Under the pieces are notes generated by a model, which searched no databases, was not told where the DNA came from, and was given only the letters and a program-made list of their open reading frames with translations. DNA of 24,000 nt from Staphylococcus sp. IVB6181 (GTDB lineage Bacteria; Bacillota; Bacilli; Staphylococcales; Staphylococcaceae), in assembly GCF_025561445.1 (NCBI RefSeq), contig NZ_CP095096.1, positions 141,822-165,821 of the forward strand, in the 5' to 3' direction. Shown here piece by piece: positions 1-8,628 of the stretch (the first letter of the stretch is position 1; every line of letters starts with the position of its first letter). The position numbers were made by a program, and so were the translations under genes.

Positions 1-1
1 T

Positions 2-1075
2 ATTCAAGCCATGGTGCTGCATAAATTAGTGCTGTTAGGTAATGTGAAATCAGTTCAAGCTGGACTTTGGGACTTTGAACGACGCTATGAATATATCAAG
101 GATAAACCAGAAAAAGTACAAAATGCATGGAATGTATTGCACCTTGTATATCCAGTTATCAGTACGACCTTTGCGAGTTTTAGAAATATGTATCGTGACA
201 TGCCTAAAGACTTTATAGACTATCTATATATTGATGAAGCAGGACAAGCGGTACCTCAAGCTGCGGTTGGCGCAATGCAACGTGCACGACAGGTTGTGGC
301 AGTGGGCGATCCGATTCAAATTGAGCCTGTAGTGACGCTTGATAACCATCTAATCGATTTAGTCCGTAAAGCGTATCAAGTGCCGGAACGATTAGTCAGT
401 GCAGAAGCGTCTGTACAAAGCATTGCTGATAATGCCAATGTTTTCGGCTATTGGAAAGGAACAGATTCGGGTAATCCAACATGGATAGGCATTCCATTGT
501 GGGTACATAGAAGATGTCTGAATCCTATGTTTGATATTAGTAATATCATTGCATATGAAGAAAAGATGGTACTTCCAGATTACATTAAGAAAAAGCCAGG
601 ACAAGCATCATGGCTTGATATCAAAGGTAAAGCAGGGCCAAAACAATTTGTTAAAGAACAAGGAGAAGCAGTGGTTAATTGTCTATTAAAAGACTGGAAA
701 AAAGCTCTGCAAAATGGTGAATCTGCACCAAGTACGTATGTAATTTCACCGTTTACCAAAGTGAAAGATGAAATTAGAAAATCTGTACGCAATGCATTAC
801 AAATAGAAATTAATTTAGATAGAAAAGCAGCTAGTGAATGGGCGAAAAAATCAATTGGAACAGTGCATACATTCCAAGGTAAAGAAGCGGATAAGGTTTA
901 TTTTGTGACAGGAACGGACGACACGCAAAATGGTGCCATTAAATGGTCATGTCAAAAACCTAATTTGATTAATGTTGCTGTCACACGTGCTAAAAAGGAA
1001 TTTGTGATTATCGGAGATAAGGAAAGAATAAGTAAACTAGAAAATTATGAAATTATTGCAGAACATGTAAATTAA
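2..1075 (+). CDS. SF1B (Upf1/Dna2-like, AAA_11/AAA_12-type) helicase, C-terminal ~357 aa; the N-terminus lies upstream of the window
   Basis: The frame is open from nt 2 to the stop at 1073-1075. The translation shows motif II-like YIDEAGQA, VAVGDPIQIEP, TVHTFQGKEADKVYF and motif VI NVAVTRAKKEFVIIGD. Confidence 0.8.
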   Translation: MQAMVLHKLVLLGNVKSVQAGLWDFERRYEYIKDKPEKVQNAWNVLHLVYPVISTTFASFRNMYRDMPKDFIDYLYIDEAGQAVPQAAVGAMQRARQVVAVGDPIQIEPVVTLDNHLIDLVRKAYQVPERLVSAEASVQSIADNANVFGYWKGTDSGNPTWIGIPLWVHRRCLNPMFDISNIIAYEEKMVLPDYIKKKPGQASWLDIKGKAGPKQFVKEQGEAVVNCLLKDWKKALQNGESAPSTYVISPFTKVKDEIRKSVRNALQIEINLDRKAASEWAKKSIGTVHTFQGKEADKVYFVTGTDDTQNGAIKWSCQKPNLINVAVTRAKKEFVIIGDKERISKLENYEIIAEHVN

Positions 1076-1097
1076 ACAATAGTGTATTAACGAAATT

Positions 1098-1135
1098 AAA
1101 AGCCAGACCCCAAATGTGAGGTCTGGCTTCATTTA
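1098..1135. terminator. Bidirectional intrinsic terminator between the convergent helicase and adh genes
   Basis: Perfect 10-bp stem AAGCCAGACC (1100-1109) / GGTCTGGCTT (1120-1129), with an A-run upstream and a T-rich tract downstream. Confidence 0.75.
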
Positions 1136-1144
1136 TAATGATGA

Positions 1145-2155
1145 TTAATGACGTAAATCAATGACCATACGACCGTTGATTTTACCTTCTTCCATTTCTT
1201 TAAAGATATCTTGAACATCTTCCATTGGACGTGTTTGTGTTTTAGGAACAACTAAGCCTTCAGCACCGAATTGGAAAGCTTCTTTTAAGTCTTCGCGTGT
1301 TCCGACTAAAGAACCTACGACATGGATACCGTCTAAGACTAAACGAGTAATAGATAAGTCCATAGATTCTGTAGGTAAACCTACAGCAACAACAGTACCG
1401 CCGGCACGAACAGATTCAACAGCTGAATTGAAAGCTTGTTTTGCTACGGCTGTAACTACAGCAGCATGTGCACCGCCAACATGTTCTTGGATATATTTTT
1501 CTACGTTCACTTCTTTAGGGTTTAATGTGATATCAGCATCATATTTTTTCGCAAATTCTAATTGACTTTCATTGATGTCTACTGCGATGACTTTCGCATT
1601 AAATACTTTTTTCGCATATTGCAATGCTAAGTTGCCAAGTCCGCCTAAGCCGAATAATACTAACCATTCTCCAGCTTTGACACCTGATTCTTTAATTGCT
1701 TTATAAGTTGTAACACCAGCACATGTGATACTGCTGGCAGCTTCGCTTGATAAACCATCAGGAACTTTTACTGAATAATCTGCAGTGACGATACATTCTT
1801 GTGCCATACCGCCATCAACAGTATAGCCGGCATTTTTAACTTCACGGCATAATGTTTCACGACCAGTTGTACAGTATTCACAATGACCGCATCCTTCAAA
1901 GAACCATGCGACACTTGCACGGTCGCCTACTTTTAAACTTGTGACGCCTTCGGCTACTTCTTTCACGATACCAATACCTTCATGACCTAAAATTGTACCT
2001 GTTACATCACCGAAGTCTGCATGTGCGACGTGTAAATCAGTGTGACATACACCGCAACATTCCATATCTAATAAGGCTTCTCCATATTTCAAAGGGCGTA
2101 ATGTTCTCTCAGTAACTTGGGGTTGATGATCTTTACCTACTACGATTGCTTTCAT
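1145..2155 (-). CDS. adh: Zinc-dependent medium-chain alcohol dehydrogenase
   Basis: 336 aa. Zn-ligand motifs [15 protein letters not shown] and [15 protein letters not shown], plus the Rossmann motif [16 protein letters not shown] Shine-Dalgarno sequence just upstream on the minus strand. Strong resemblance to staphylococcal Adh. Confidence 0.93.
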   Translation of the reverse strand: MKAIVVGKDHQPQVTERTLRPLKYGEALLDMECCGVCHTDLHVAHADFGDVTGTILGHEGIGIVKEVAEGVTSLKVGDRASVAWFFEGCGHCEYCTTGRETLCREVKNAGYTVDGGMAQECIVTADYSVKVPDGLSSEAASSITCAGVTTYKAIKESGVKAGEWLVLFGLGGLGNLALQYAKKVFNAKVIAVDINESQLEFAKKYDADITLNPKEVNVEKYIQEHVGGAHAAVVTAVAKQAFNSAVESVRAGGTVVAVGLPTESMDLSITRLVLDGIHVVGSLVGTREDLKEAFQFGAEGLVVPKTQTRPMEDVQDIFKEMEEGKINGRMVIDLRH

Positions 2156-2395
2156 TTAGAAAACCTCCTTACTTAATCACTTTTATTATATATAGGTTGC
2201 AAGCAATGTAGTTGTAAGAAATAAGGCTAAATTAGCAACTTTCAATACAAGGTTAGAATAGATGTTTGGATGCAAAGGGAGTAAGTCAAAAGTAAATTTA
2301 AAGTGTGAAAAGGTACATGTATAAATTGAGGTGAAACGATGAATGGAATAAATTCATAGAATTGTAAAATTTGTTTGAATATTTATTTGTTAACG

Positions 2396-2424
2396 TTTTC
2401 ACAAAGGGTGTTCTATGTTATACT
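2396..2424 (+). promoter_or_regulatory. Possible sigma-A promoter for the reductase-MFS operon (extended -10)
   Basis: TTTTCA (2396-2401), 17-nt spacer, then TGtTATACT extended -10 (2416-2424), about 140 nt upstream of the ATG at 2564. Pattern match only. Confidence 0.3.
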
Positions 2425-2563
2425 CTCAGTGAAAGTAAAAGAAATGAAAAATTAAGAAAATAAAAAATGAATCACTTGATATTGGACAACTTTCTCATAT
2501 GCGATGTATGAGAAAAAAATTTTAGGCTATCATGTGAAATAATTCACAAAAGGAGAAGTTGGC

Positions 2564-5500
2564 ATGACAAAGTCTTTATTTGAGAAGGTTAAATTATCAT
2601 CGGGAGCTGAGTTGGATAATAGAATTTTAATGGCGCCCATGACGATACAATCTGCTTACTTTGATGGATCGGTAACGGCTGAGATGGTTGATTATTATCA
2701 ACATCGTTCCGGAAAAGTAGGGGCGATTATTGTTGAGAGTTGTTTCGTAATGGATAACGGACGCGGTTTCCCTGGCGCAATCGGTATTGATACAGATGAA
2801 AAGATTCCTGGGTTGAAACGTTTAGCAGATGCAATTCATGAGAAAGGTTCTAAAGCCATTTTGCAATTGTATCATGCAGGACGTATGGCAGATCCTAAAA
2901 TCAACGGCGGAGCAACTCCGATTTCTGCAAGTCCTGTTGCGGCACTTCGTCCGAATGCGGCTGTACCGCGTGAAATGACACCGCTGCAAGTAGAAGATAT
3001 GATTCATCAATTTGGAGAAGCGACAAGAAGAGCGATTGAAGCAGGTTATGATGGTGTTGAAATCCACGGTGCGAACACTTATCTCTTGCAGCAATTCTTC
3101 TCACCTCATAGTAACCGCAGAACAGATGAGTGGGGCGGAAGCAGAAAGAAACGTACACACTTCCCTATGGCGGTATTAAAAGAAGTTCAAAAAGCAGTGA
3201 AAGAAAATAATGCAGAAAACTTTATTATCGGTTATCGTTTCTCTCCTGAAGAATTAGAAGAACCTGGTATCCGTTTTGACGATACTATGTATCTGTTAAA
3301 TACATTGGCAGAAGCACATCCAGATTACTTCCACATTTCTGCGAATAGCTATAAACGTACATCTATTGTAGATACAGCAGATAAAGAACCGCTTATCACT
3401 AAATATTTAAAATTACGCAGTGAAACATTAGCTGAAATTCCAATCATGGGTGTCGGCAGTATCGGACAACGTGAAGATGCGGAAGATGCATTAGCACTCG
3501 GCTATGATTTATTAAGTGTAGGTAAAGCTTATTTAGTAGAACCGCACTGGGCTGAAAAAGTTGAGAAGAATGAAAAAATCGAAGACTTTGTGGATATTCA
3601 TGATCAGCGTACATTACACATTCCATCACCATTATGGAAAGTGATGGACTTCATGATTGTCGATAAAGAGGAAGAGCAACGTAAATATGAACGCTTAAAA
3701 GCACTTCAAAATAAAAAAGTTAAATATAAACCAGGTACGTATGAAGTCTTCGCAAAAGGTCATAATGCGAACTTGCCTATGAAAGTAGTCTTCTCTGAAG
3801 ATAAAATCTTATCAATCGATGTGGATGACAGTAATGAGTCTGAAGGTATCGCAAATCCGGCGTTCGAACGTTTGCCAGATGAAATCATTAACGGCCAAAC
3901 ATTAAACGTAGATGTGATTTCAGGTGCGACAGTGACATGCGAAGGTGTAATTGAAGGTGTTGCTGAAGCGATTAAACAAGCAGGTGAAAACCCTGATGTC
4001 TTACGTGCACGTCCAAAACCAGTTGTAGAATGGTCTGACGAAACAATTGAAGAAACAACAGATGTTGTAGTCATCGGTACCGGCGGTGCAGGTTTAAGTG
4101 CTGCGGCTTCAGTATTAGAACAAGGCAAAGAAGTAATTATGCTTGAGAAATTCGCAGCTATCGGCGGTAATACGATTCGTACCGGCGGACAAGTCAACGC
4201 ACCAGAACCATCATGGCAAAACCAATTCCCATCATTACATGGTGAACAAGAAACGTTAGAAGCGTTAATGAATCATGATGAAAATGATATTGAAGCAGAA
4301 TATCTAGAAGATTTCCGTACATTGAAACAACAAATCAAGGATTATCTTGAAACTCAAAAAGAAGGACAAGATTACTTGTTCGACTCTATTGAATTACACC
4401 GTATTCAAACTTATTTAGGCGGCCGTCGTGCAGATAGAAACGGCAAAGTGATTACAGGCCGATATGATTTAGTCAAAACACTAACAGACAATGTTCTTGA
4501 ATCAGTGAAATGGTTAACAGAAAAAGGTGTTCATTTCGATAGAACAATTGTAGATATGCCTGTCGGTGCTTTATGGCGACGCGGCCATAAACCGATGAAA
4601 GCTCAAGGCTTAGAATTCATTGAGTCATTAAGCGACTTTGTACGTAAGAATCATGGTCAAATTATGACTGAAACAACAGCAGATCGTCTGATTAAAGAAG
4701 ACGGCAAAATTGTGGGTGTAGAAGCAACAAAACATAATGGAGCAAAAGTGAAAATCCACACACGTTATGGTGTTGTTATCGCCGCAGGCGGTTTCGGAGC
4801 GAATACGCAAATGATTCAACAATACAATACGTATTGGGATAATATTCCTGACGATATTAAAACAACAAACTCTCCAGCCATTACAGGTGACGGTATTAAG
4901 CTAGGTGTACAAGTCGGCGCTGACTTAGTCGGTATGGGCTTCTCTCAAATGATGCCGATTTCTGACCCTAAAACAGGCGCATTATTCACTGGATTAATTG
5001 TGACACCTTCAAACTTCGTCTTCGTCAATAAAGACGGCGATCGCTTCGTCAACGAGTTTGAAAGCCGTGATGTCTTGTCTAAAGCAGCACTTGATCAAAA
5101 AGACGGACTGTTCTACATCATTGCGGATGAAAATATTAAAGAACTTGCGATGAACACATCTCAAGATAAAATTGATAAAGAAATCGAAGAGAAAGTCCTT
5201 TATAAAGCAGATACGCTAGAAGATTTAGCGAAACAATTGAATATGGACCCAGAACACTTTGTACAAACGATTGAACGTTATAACGCATTCGTAGATAAAG
5301 GACATGATGATGACTTCAGCAAGAATGCCTTTGACCTTAAAATCGAACGTGCACCGTTCTATGCAACACCGCGTAAACCTGCGGTTCACCATACAATGGG
5401 CGGCTTGAAAATCGATACGACAGCACAAGTCATTGATATCGATGACCAACCAATCAAAGGCTTATACGCAGCTGGTGAAGTGGCAGGCGGTATCCATGCC

Positions 5501-5584
5501 GGCAACCGTTTAGGCGGCAACGCACTTGCGGATATCTTCACTTACGGACGCATTGCAGGACAAAGTATTATTAAAAACCACTAG
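2564..5584 (+). CDS. Three-domain cytoplasmic flavoprotein reductase: OYE-like NADH:flavin oxidoreductase + FMN_bind + FAD_binding_2 (fumarate/urocanate-reductase-like) domains; predicted NADH:2-enoate reductase of unknown substrate
   Basis: 1006 aa.
- N-terminal OYE motifs HGANTYLLQQFFSP and RTDEWGGS.
- Central FMN_bind flavinylation motif DVISGAT (nt 3911-3931).
- C-terminal dinucleotide fold VVVIGTGGAGLSAAA, with active-site-type HHTMGGL and GNRLGGNAL.
- AAGGAG Shine-Dalgarno sequence upstream.
- No signal peptide. Confidence 0.88.
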   Translation: MTKSLFEKVKLSSGAELDNRILMAPMTIQSAYFDGSVTAEMVDYYQHRSGKVGAIIVESCFVMDNGRGFPGAIGIDTDEKIPGLKRLADAIHEKGSKAILQLYHAGRMADPKINGGATPISASPVAALRPNAAVPREMTPLQVEDMIHQFGEATRRAIEAGYDGVEIHGANTYLLQQFFSPHSNRRTDEWGGSRKKRTHFPMAVLKEVQKAVKENNAENFIIGYRFSPEELEEPGIRFDDTMYLLNTLAEAHPDYFHISANSYKRTSIVDTADKEPLITKYLKLRSETLAEIPIMGVGSIGQREDAEDALALGYDLLSVGKAYLVEPHWAEKVEKNEKIEDFVDIHDQRTLHIPSPLWKVMDFMIVDKEEEQRKYERLKALQNKKVKYKPGTYEVFAKGHNANLPMKVVFSEDKILSIDVDDSNESEGIANPAFERLPDEIINGQTLNVDVISGATVTCEGVIEGVAEAIKQAGENPDVLRARPKPVVEWSDETIEETTDVVVIGTGGAGLSAAASVLEQGKEVIMLEKFAAIGGNTIRTGGQVNAPEPSWQNQFPSLHGEQETLEALMNHDENDIEAEYLEDFRTLKQQIKDYLETQKEGQDYLFDSIELHRIQTYLGGRRADRNGKVITGRYDLVKTLTDNVLESVKWLTEKGVHFDRTIVDMPVGALWRRGHKPMKAQGLEFIESLSDFVRKNHGQIMTETTADRLIKEDGKIVGVEATKHNGAKVKIHTRYGVVIAAGGFGANTQMIQQYNTYWDNIPDDIKTTNSPAITGDGIKLGVQVGADLVGMGFSQMMPISDPKTGALFTGLIVTPSNFVFVNKDGDRFVNEFESRDVLSKAALDQKDGLFYIIADENIKELAMNTSQDKIDKEIEEKVLYKADTLEDLAKQLNMDPEHFVQTIERYNAFVDKGHDDDFSKNAFDLKIERAPFYATPRKPAVHHTMGGLKIDTTAQVIDIDDQPIKGLYAAGEVAGGIHAGNRLGGNALADIFTYGRIAGQSIIKNH

Positions 5585-5601
5585 GCGAGGAGGATACAAC
5601 A

Positions 5602-6990
5602 ATGGCATCAAAAAAGGAACAACAAGCATTTAAACCTGGAACTCAGCTGATCGTTGCGATTATATTATCCATCCTCACTTATTGGTTGTTCGCACAATCA
5701 TTTCTAAACATTGTGCCGCATGTGCAAAAAGATTATCACATAGATATGACCGTAGTGAATATTGCGGTAAGCTTAACTTCACTCTTTACAGGGATATTTA
5801 TTGTAGTTGCTGGCGGCTTAGCAGATAAGCTGGGCCGTGTAAAAATGACACGTATCGGGATTATCCTTAGTATCGTCGGATCCATCGCAGTAATCATTTC
5901 AAGTATCCCGGCACTCTTAATTATCGGTCGTGTTTTGCAAGGGTTGTCTGCGGCATGTTTAATGCCGGCAACCATTGCGATTATCAACCAGTTCTATCAT
6001 GATGAGGAACGCCAAAAAGCATTGAGTTTCTGGTCATTCGGTTCATATGGCGGAACTGGAATCGCATCATTCTTTGCTGGTTTAGTAGCGACATTCTTCG
6101 GATGGAAATGGATCTTCGTATTATCTATCATTCTATCTTTAGTCGCACTGTACTTATTTAGAGGTGTACCTGAATCAAAAGAACCCGGCGCTAAAAATAT
6201 CAAATTCGACGTTGTTGGAATTACCATCTTCTTGATTATGATGTTAAGTATCAACGTCGTAACAACACAAGGGACAAGAATGGGATGGTTAAACCCGATT
6301 ACATTAACACTAGACGCAATCTTTGTAATTTCAGTGATTGTCTTCTACTTCTTTGAGAAACAAAAGCATCAACCGTTTATCGACTTTAGTGTCTTCTCAA
6401 ATAAAACGTATATCGGGACAGTATCAGCGAACTTCTTATTAAACACAGTTATCGGATCACTTGCGCTGTTTAATATCTATGCACAAGCAGGGCTTGGCTT
6501 CTCAGGCTTAAAAGCAGGTTTCGTTACAATTACCTACTTAATCGGAAGTCTGTCTATGATTCGTATCGGAGAACGTTATTTACAACGTAAAGGACCAAGA
6601 TTCCCTATGATGGCAGGACCTATCTCGATTGCGATTGGTATCTTATTAATTTCAACTGTATTCCTACCGGATATTGTATATATCATCGTGTCAGTGATTG
6701 GTTTCTTATTCATAGGTTTAGGACTTGGCTTCTTCGCAACACCGGTTCTCGATACAGCTTTAACAAGTGTACCTGCAGAAAAAGTAGGTGTGGCATCTGG
6801 TATTATCAAAATGTCATCCACACTTGGCGCAGCATTTGGTATCGCAATACTCACAACAGTGTACTCATCACTAGAACCTAACCATACACCCGCCTTTGCG
6901 GCAGGCGTAGCCTTTGTGGTAGGTGCAGCAGTCATGTTAAGTGCATTTATCGCATCGTTTGTGACGATACCAAAAGGAAAAAACAGATAA
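5602..6990 (+). CDS. MFS transporter, 14-TMS DHA2 (EmrB/QacA-like) type
   Basis: 462 aa and highly hydrophobic with many predicted TM segments. MFS motif A-like GGLADKLGRVKM. GAGGAGG Shine-Dalgarno sequence. Starts 17 nt after the reductase stop, so it is probably co-transcribed. Confidence 0.88.
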   Translation: MASKKEQQAFKPGTQLIVAIILSILTYWLFAQSFLNIVPHVQKDYHIDMTVVNIAVSLTSLFTGIFIVVAGGLADKLGRVKMTRIGIILSIVGSIAVIISSIPALLIIGRVLQGLSAACLMPATIAIINQFYHDEERQKALSFWSFGSYGGTGIASFFAGLVATFFGWKWIFVLSIILSLVALYLFRGVPESKEPGAKNIKFDVVGITIFLIMMLSINVVTTQGTRMGWLNPITLTLDAIFVISVIVFYFFEKQKHQPFIDFSVFSNKTYIGTVSANFLLNTVIGSLALFNIYAQAGLGFSGLKAGFVTITYLIGSLSMIRIGERYLQRKGPRFPMMAGPISIAIGILLISTVFLPDIVYIIVSVIGFLFIGLGLGFFATPVLDTALTSVPAEKVGVASGIIKMSSTLGAAFGIAILTTVYSSLEPNHTPAFAAGVAFVVGAAVMLSAFIASFVTIPKGKNR

Positions 6991-7035
6991 GACGAGTAGT
7001 TAACTTTGAAAAATTAAATAAAGTCTGAACAAGAA

Positions 7036-7075
7036 AAGAATTGTTAATCTGGTATAGGTTAGCAGTTCTTTTTGC
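7036..7075 (+). terminator. Intrinsic terminator of the reductase-MFS operon
   Basis: 14-bp stem AAGAATTGTTAATC (7036-7049) / GGTTAGCAGTTCTT (7057-7070) including three G-U pairs, 7-nt loop, followed by TTTTG. Confidence 0.7.
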
Positions 7076-7155
7076 GTTATGATAGAAACAACTGATTATT
7101 TTGTTTGGAACTTAATGTTAATTCTATAAAAATAAATATTAAATGGAGTGAGTAG

Positions 7156-8517
7156 ATGGCAGAATTAACTTATGAAAATATTCATGATTTTTATCATAAA
7201 CATAAAGGACAAGATAATGTAGAAGTGCTTCAGAGCATGTCACGCTTAGATTTAATCGGCTTTCTTGCGACATTTTACCAATTGAAAAATCAAGTCAAAG
7301 CTTTAGAAGATGAATATGAAGCTTTATTGATTGAAAATGAAGAACAAAAATCAATAATGGCATCAGATATTGAGCAAAAGTATCAACAAAGTAAGCAAGT
7401 TATATATGATGATTATGTAGAACAAAAACAAAAGGGAAGTTTTCTTCAATCTCATTTGAATCAAAATGGACTTTTAAAATCCTATTTATGGATAGCACTC
7501 ATTAGTACAGTGATTACAACGATAGTAGGTTCTATCTTCATAAACTTTATCGTGGCGATGCTTGGAGGAAGACCTATATTGATGAAAGAAGCCTTTTTCC
7601 TTGTTGTGACAAGTTTAATTTATAGTTTTGTGATTAACTTGATACTCGTCATGACCCCATTAAAATCGAAACAGGATTGGCGTACCAAGCATCAAACAAC
7701 GCTTTTGAGAGGGAGTTCGATTGTTTTAGCAGCAGTGCTTGCTTTCCTTCCGATGGTCGTCATTACAATAATAGGCGGTGAAGCTTCGGACATGATTAAG
7801 TCCTTTACACAAATTTTATTCATGTTTGTAATTGTGCCGCTATTTATTTTAAGTTGGCTATGCCACTATATATTAAGTCATATTGTACCTAAGCATAATG
7901 AAGGAGTAACACAGCGTTATTATAAAGAGGCAGCTAAACGCTATCCTGATAATCAGCTTCGAGAACAACTCACTGTCAATCAAAGCTTAGCACAATTAGA
8001 TCAAGACTTTTATCAAACGCAACAAGATATTGAGACGAATCCTAAATTTAGTGAAAATCTACCTCAATTACAAGAAAAGCTAGACTTACTGTCTAACTTC
8101 ATCCCAATTAAATTTCAATCTGATGAATTATTAGCTGAGTTAGTGGCACATTTAAGTGAAGGGTATGCGGAAAACTGGAAAGAGGCCATTAAAGAAGCAA
8201 GAAATGAATCACACCATAGAGAAATCAGCAGTTACTTAGCCTCTTTGCATGATACGCTCAATCGTTTCTACCAAGACTCCGTGCGTTACTATCAAAATTC
8301 TATGCGAAATCAGCAACAAATCAATCAAACGCTTCAAGGCACACAAGTCTTATTGTCAGAAGTCAATCAACAAGCAGCTGAAACCACTGACGCCATAAAC
8401 CATTTACGTAACAAAATGGATAATAACCATCGTCAACAGCAAGCATTGATCCAGAACATTGACCAAGAAGTGATGCTTCTCACGTCAAATCGAAAAGTGC
8501 GTATATATTTAGTTTAA
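7156..8517 (+). CDS. Hypothetical polytopic membrane protein with N- and C-terminal coiled-coil/Q-rich regions
   Basis: 453 aa with a GGAGTGAG Shine-Dalgarno sequence. Hydrophobic core at about aa 105-235 (4-5 TM segments), flanked by heptad-like charged/Q-rich segments. Has its own terminator. No recognisable catalytic motif. Confidence 0.6.
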   Translation: MAELTYENIHDFYHKHKGQDNVEVLQSMSRLDLIGFLATFYQLKNQVKALEDEYEALLIENEEQKSIMASDIEQKYQQSKQVIYDDYVEQKQKGSFLQSHLNQNGLLKSYLWIALISTVITTIVGSIFINFIVAMLGGRPILMKEAFFLVVTSLIYSFVINLILVMTPLKSKQDWRTKHQTTLLRGSSIVLAAVLAFLPMVVITIIGGEASDMIKSFTQILFMFVIVPLFILSWLCHYILSHIVPKHNEGVTQRYYKEAAKRYPDNQLREQLTVNQSLAQLDQDFYQTQQDIETNPKFSENLPQLQEKLDLLSNFIPIKFQSDELLAELVAHLSEGYAENWKEAIKEARNESHHREISSYLASLHDTLNRFYQDSVRYYQNSMRNQQQINQTLQGTQVLLSEVNQQAAETTDAINHLRNKMDNNHRQQQALIQNIDQEVMLLTSNRKVRIYLV

Positions 8518-8557
8518 CCAGCAATGTATTGATTAAAGTGCATTGCTGGTATTTTTT
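8518..8557 (+). terminator. Intrinsic terminator
   Basis: Stem CCAGCAATG (8518-8526) / CATTGCTGG (8541-8549) followed by TATTTTTT. Confidence 0.8.
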
Positions 8558-8628
8558 GTGTTCAATCTATATACCATGCATAAGAATGGGTAGTATGAAA
8601 GTAAAATACATTCAATAGGAGGGGTTCA

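Noticed and set aside
392-792. Minus-strand 70-aa ORFs (392-604, 580-792) inside the SF1B helicase gene
   Set aside because: They are antisense to a strongly motif-supported CDS, have low-complexity or odd composition, and lack a Shine-Dalgarno sequence. They look like shadow ORFs.
2339-2359. Tiny 6-codon ORF (MNGINS*) with a GAGGTGA Shine-Dalgarno sequence in the adh/reductase intergenic region, plus a similar one at 21713-21733 (MEIDIN*) upstream of the BCCT gene
   Set aside because: They are too short to assess. The first lies upstream of the only plausible promoter. There is no attenuator-like alternative structure linked to either.
2822-5449. Six minus-strand ORFs (62-145 aa) inside the reductase gene
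   Set aside because: All lie antisense within a 1006-aa CDS with clear domain motifs. The Cys/Arg/Ser-rich translations are typical of shadow frames.
5736-6935. Minus-strand ORFs (83-119 aa) inside the MFS transporter gene
   Set aside because: They are antisense shadow ORFs of a hydrophobic-protein gene, with no independent start signals.
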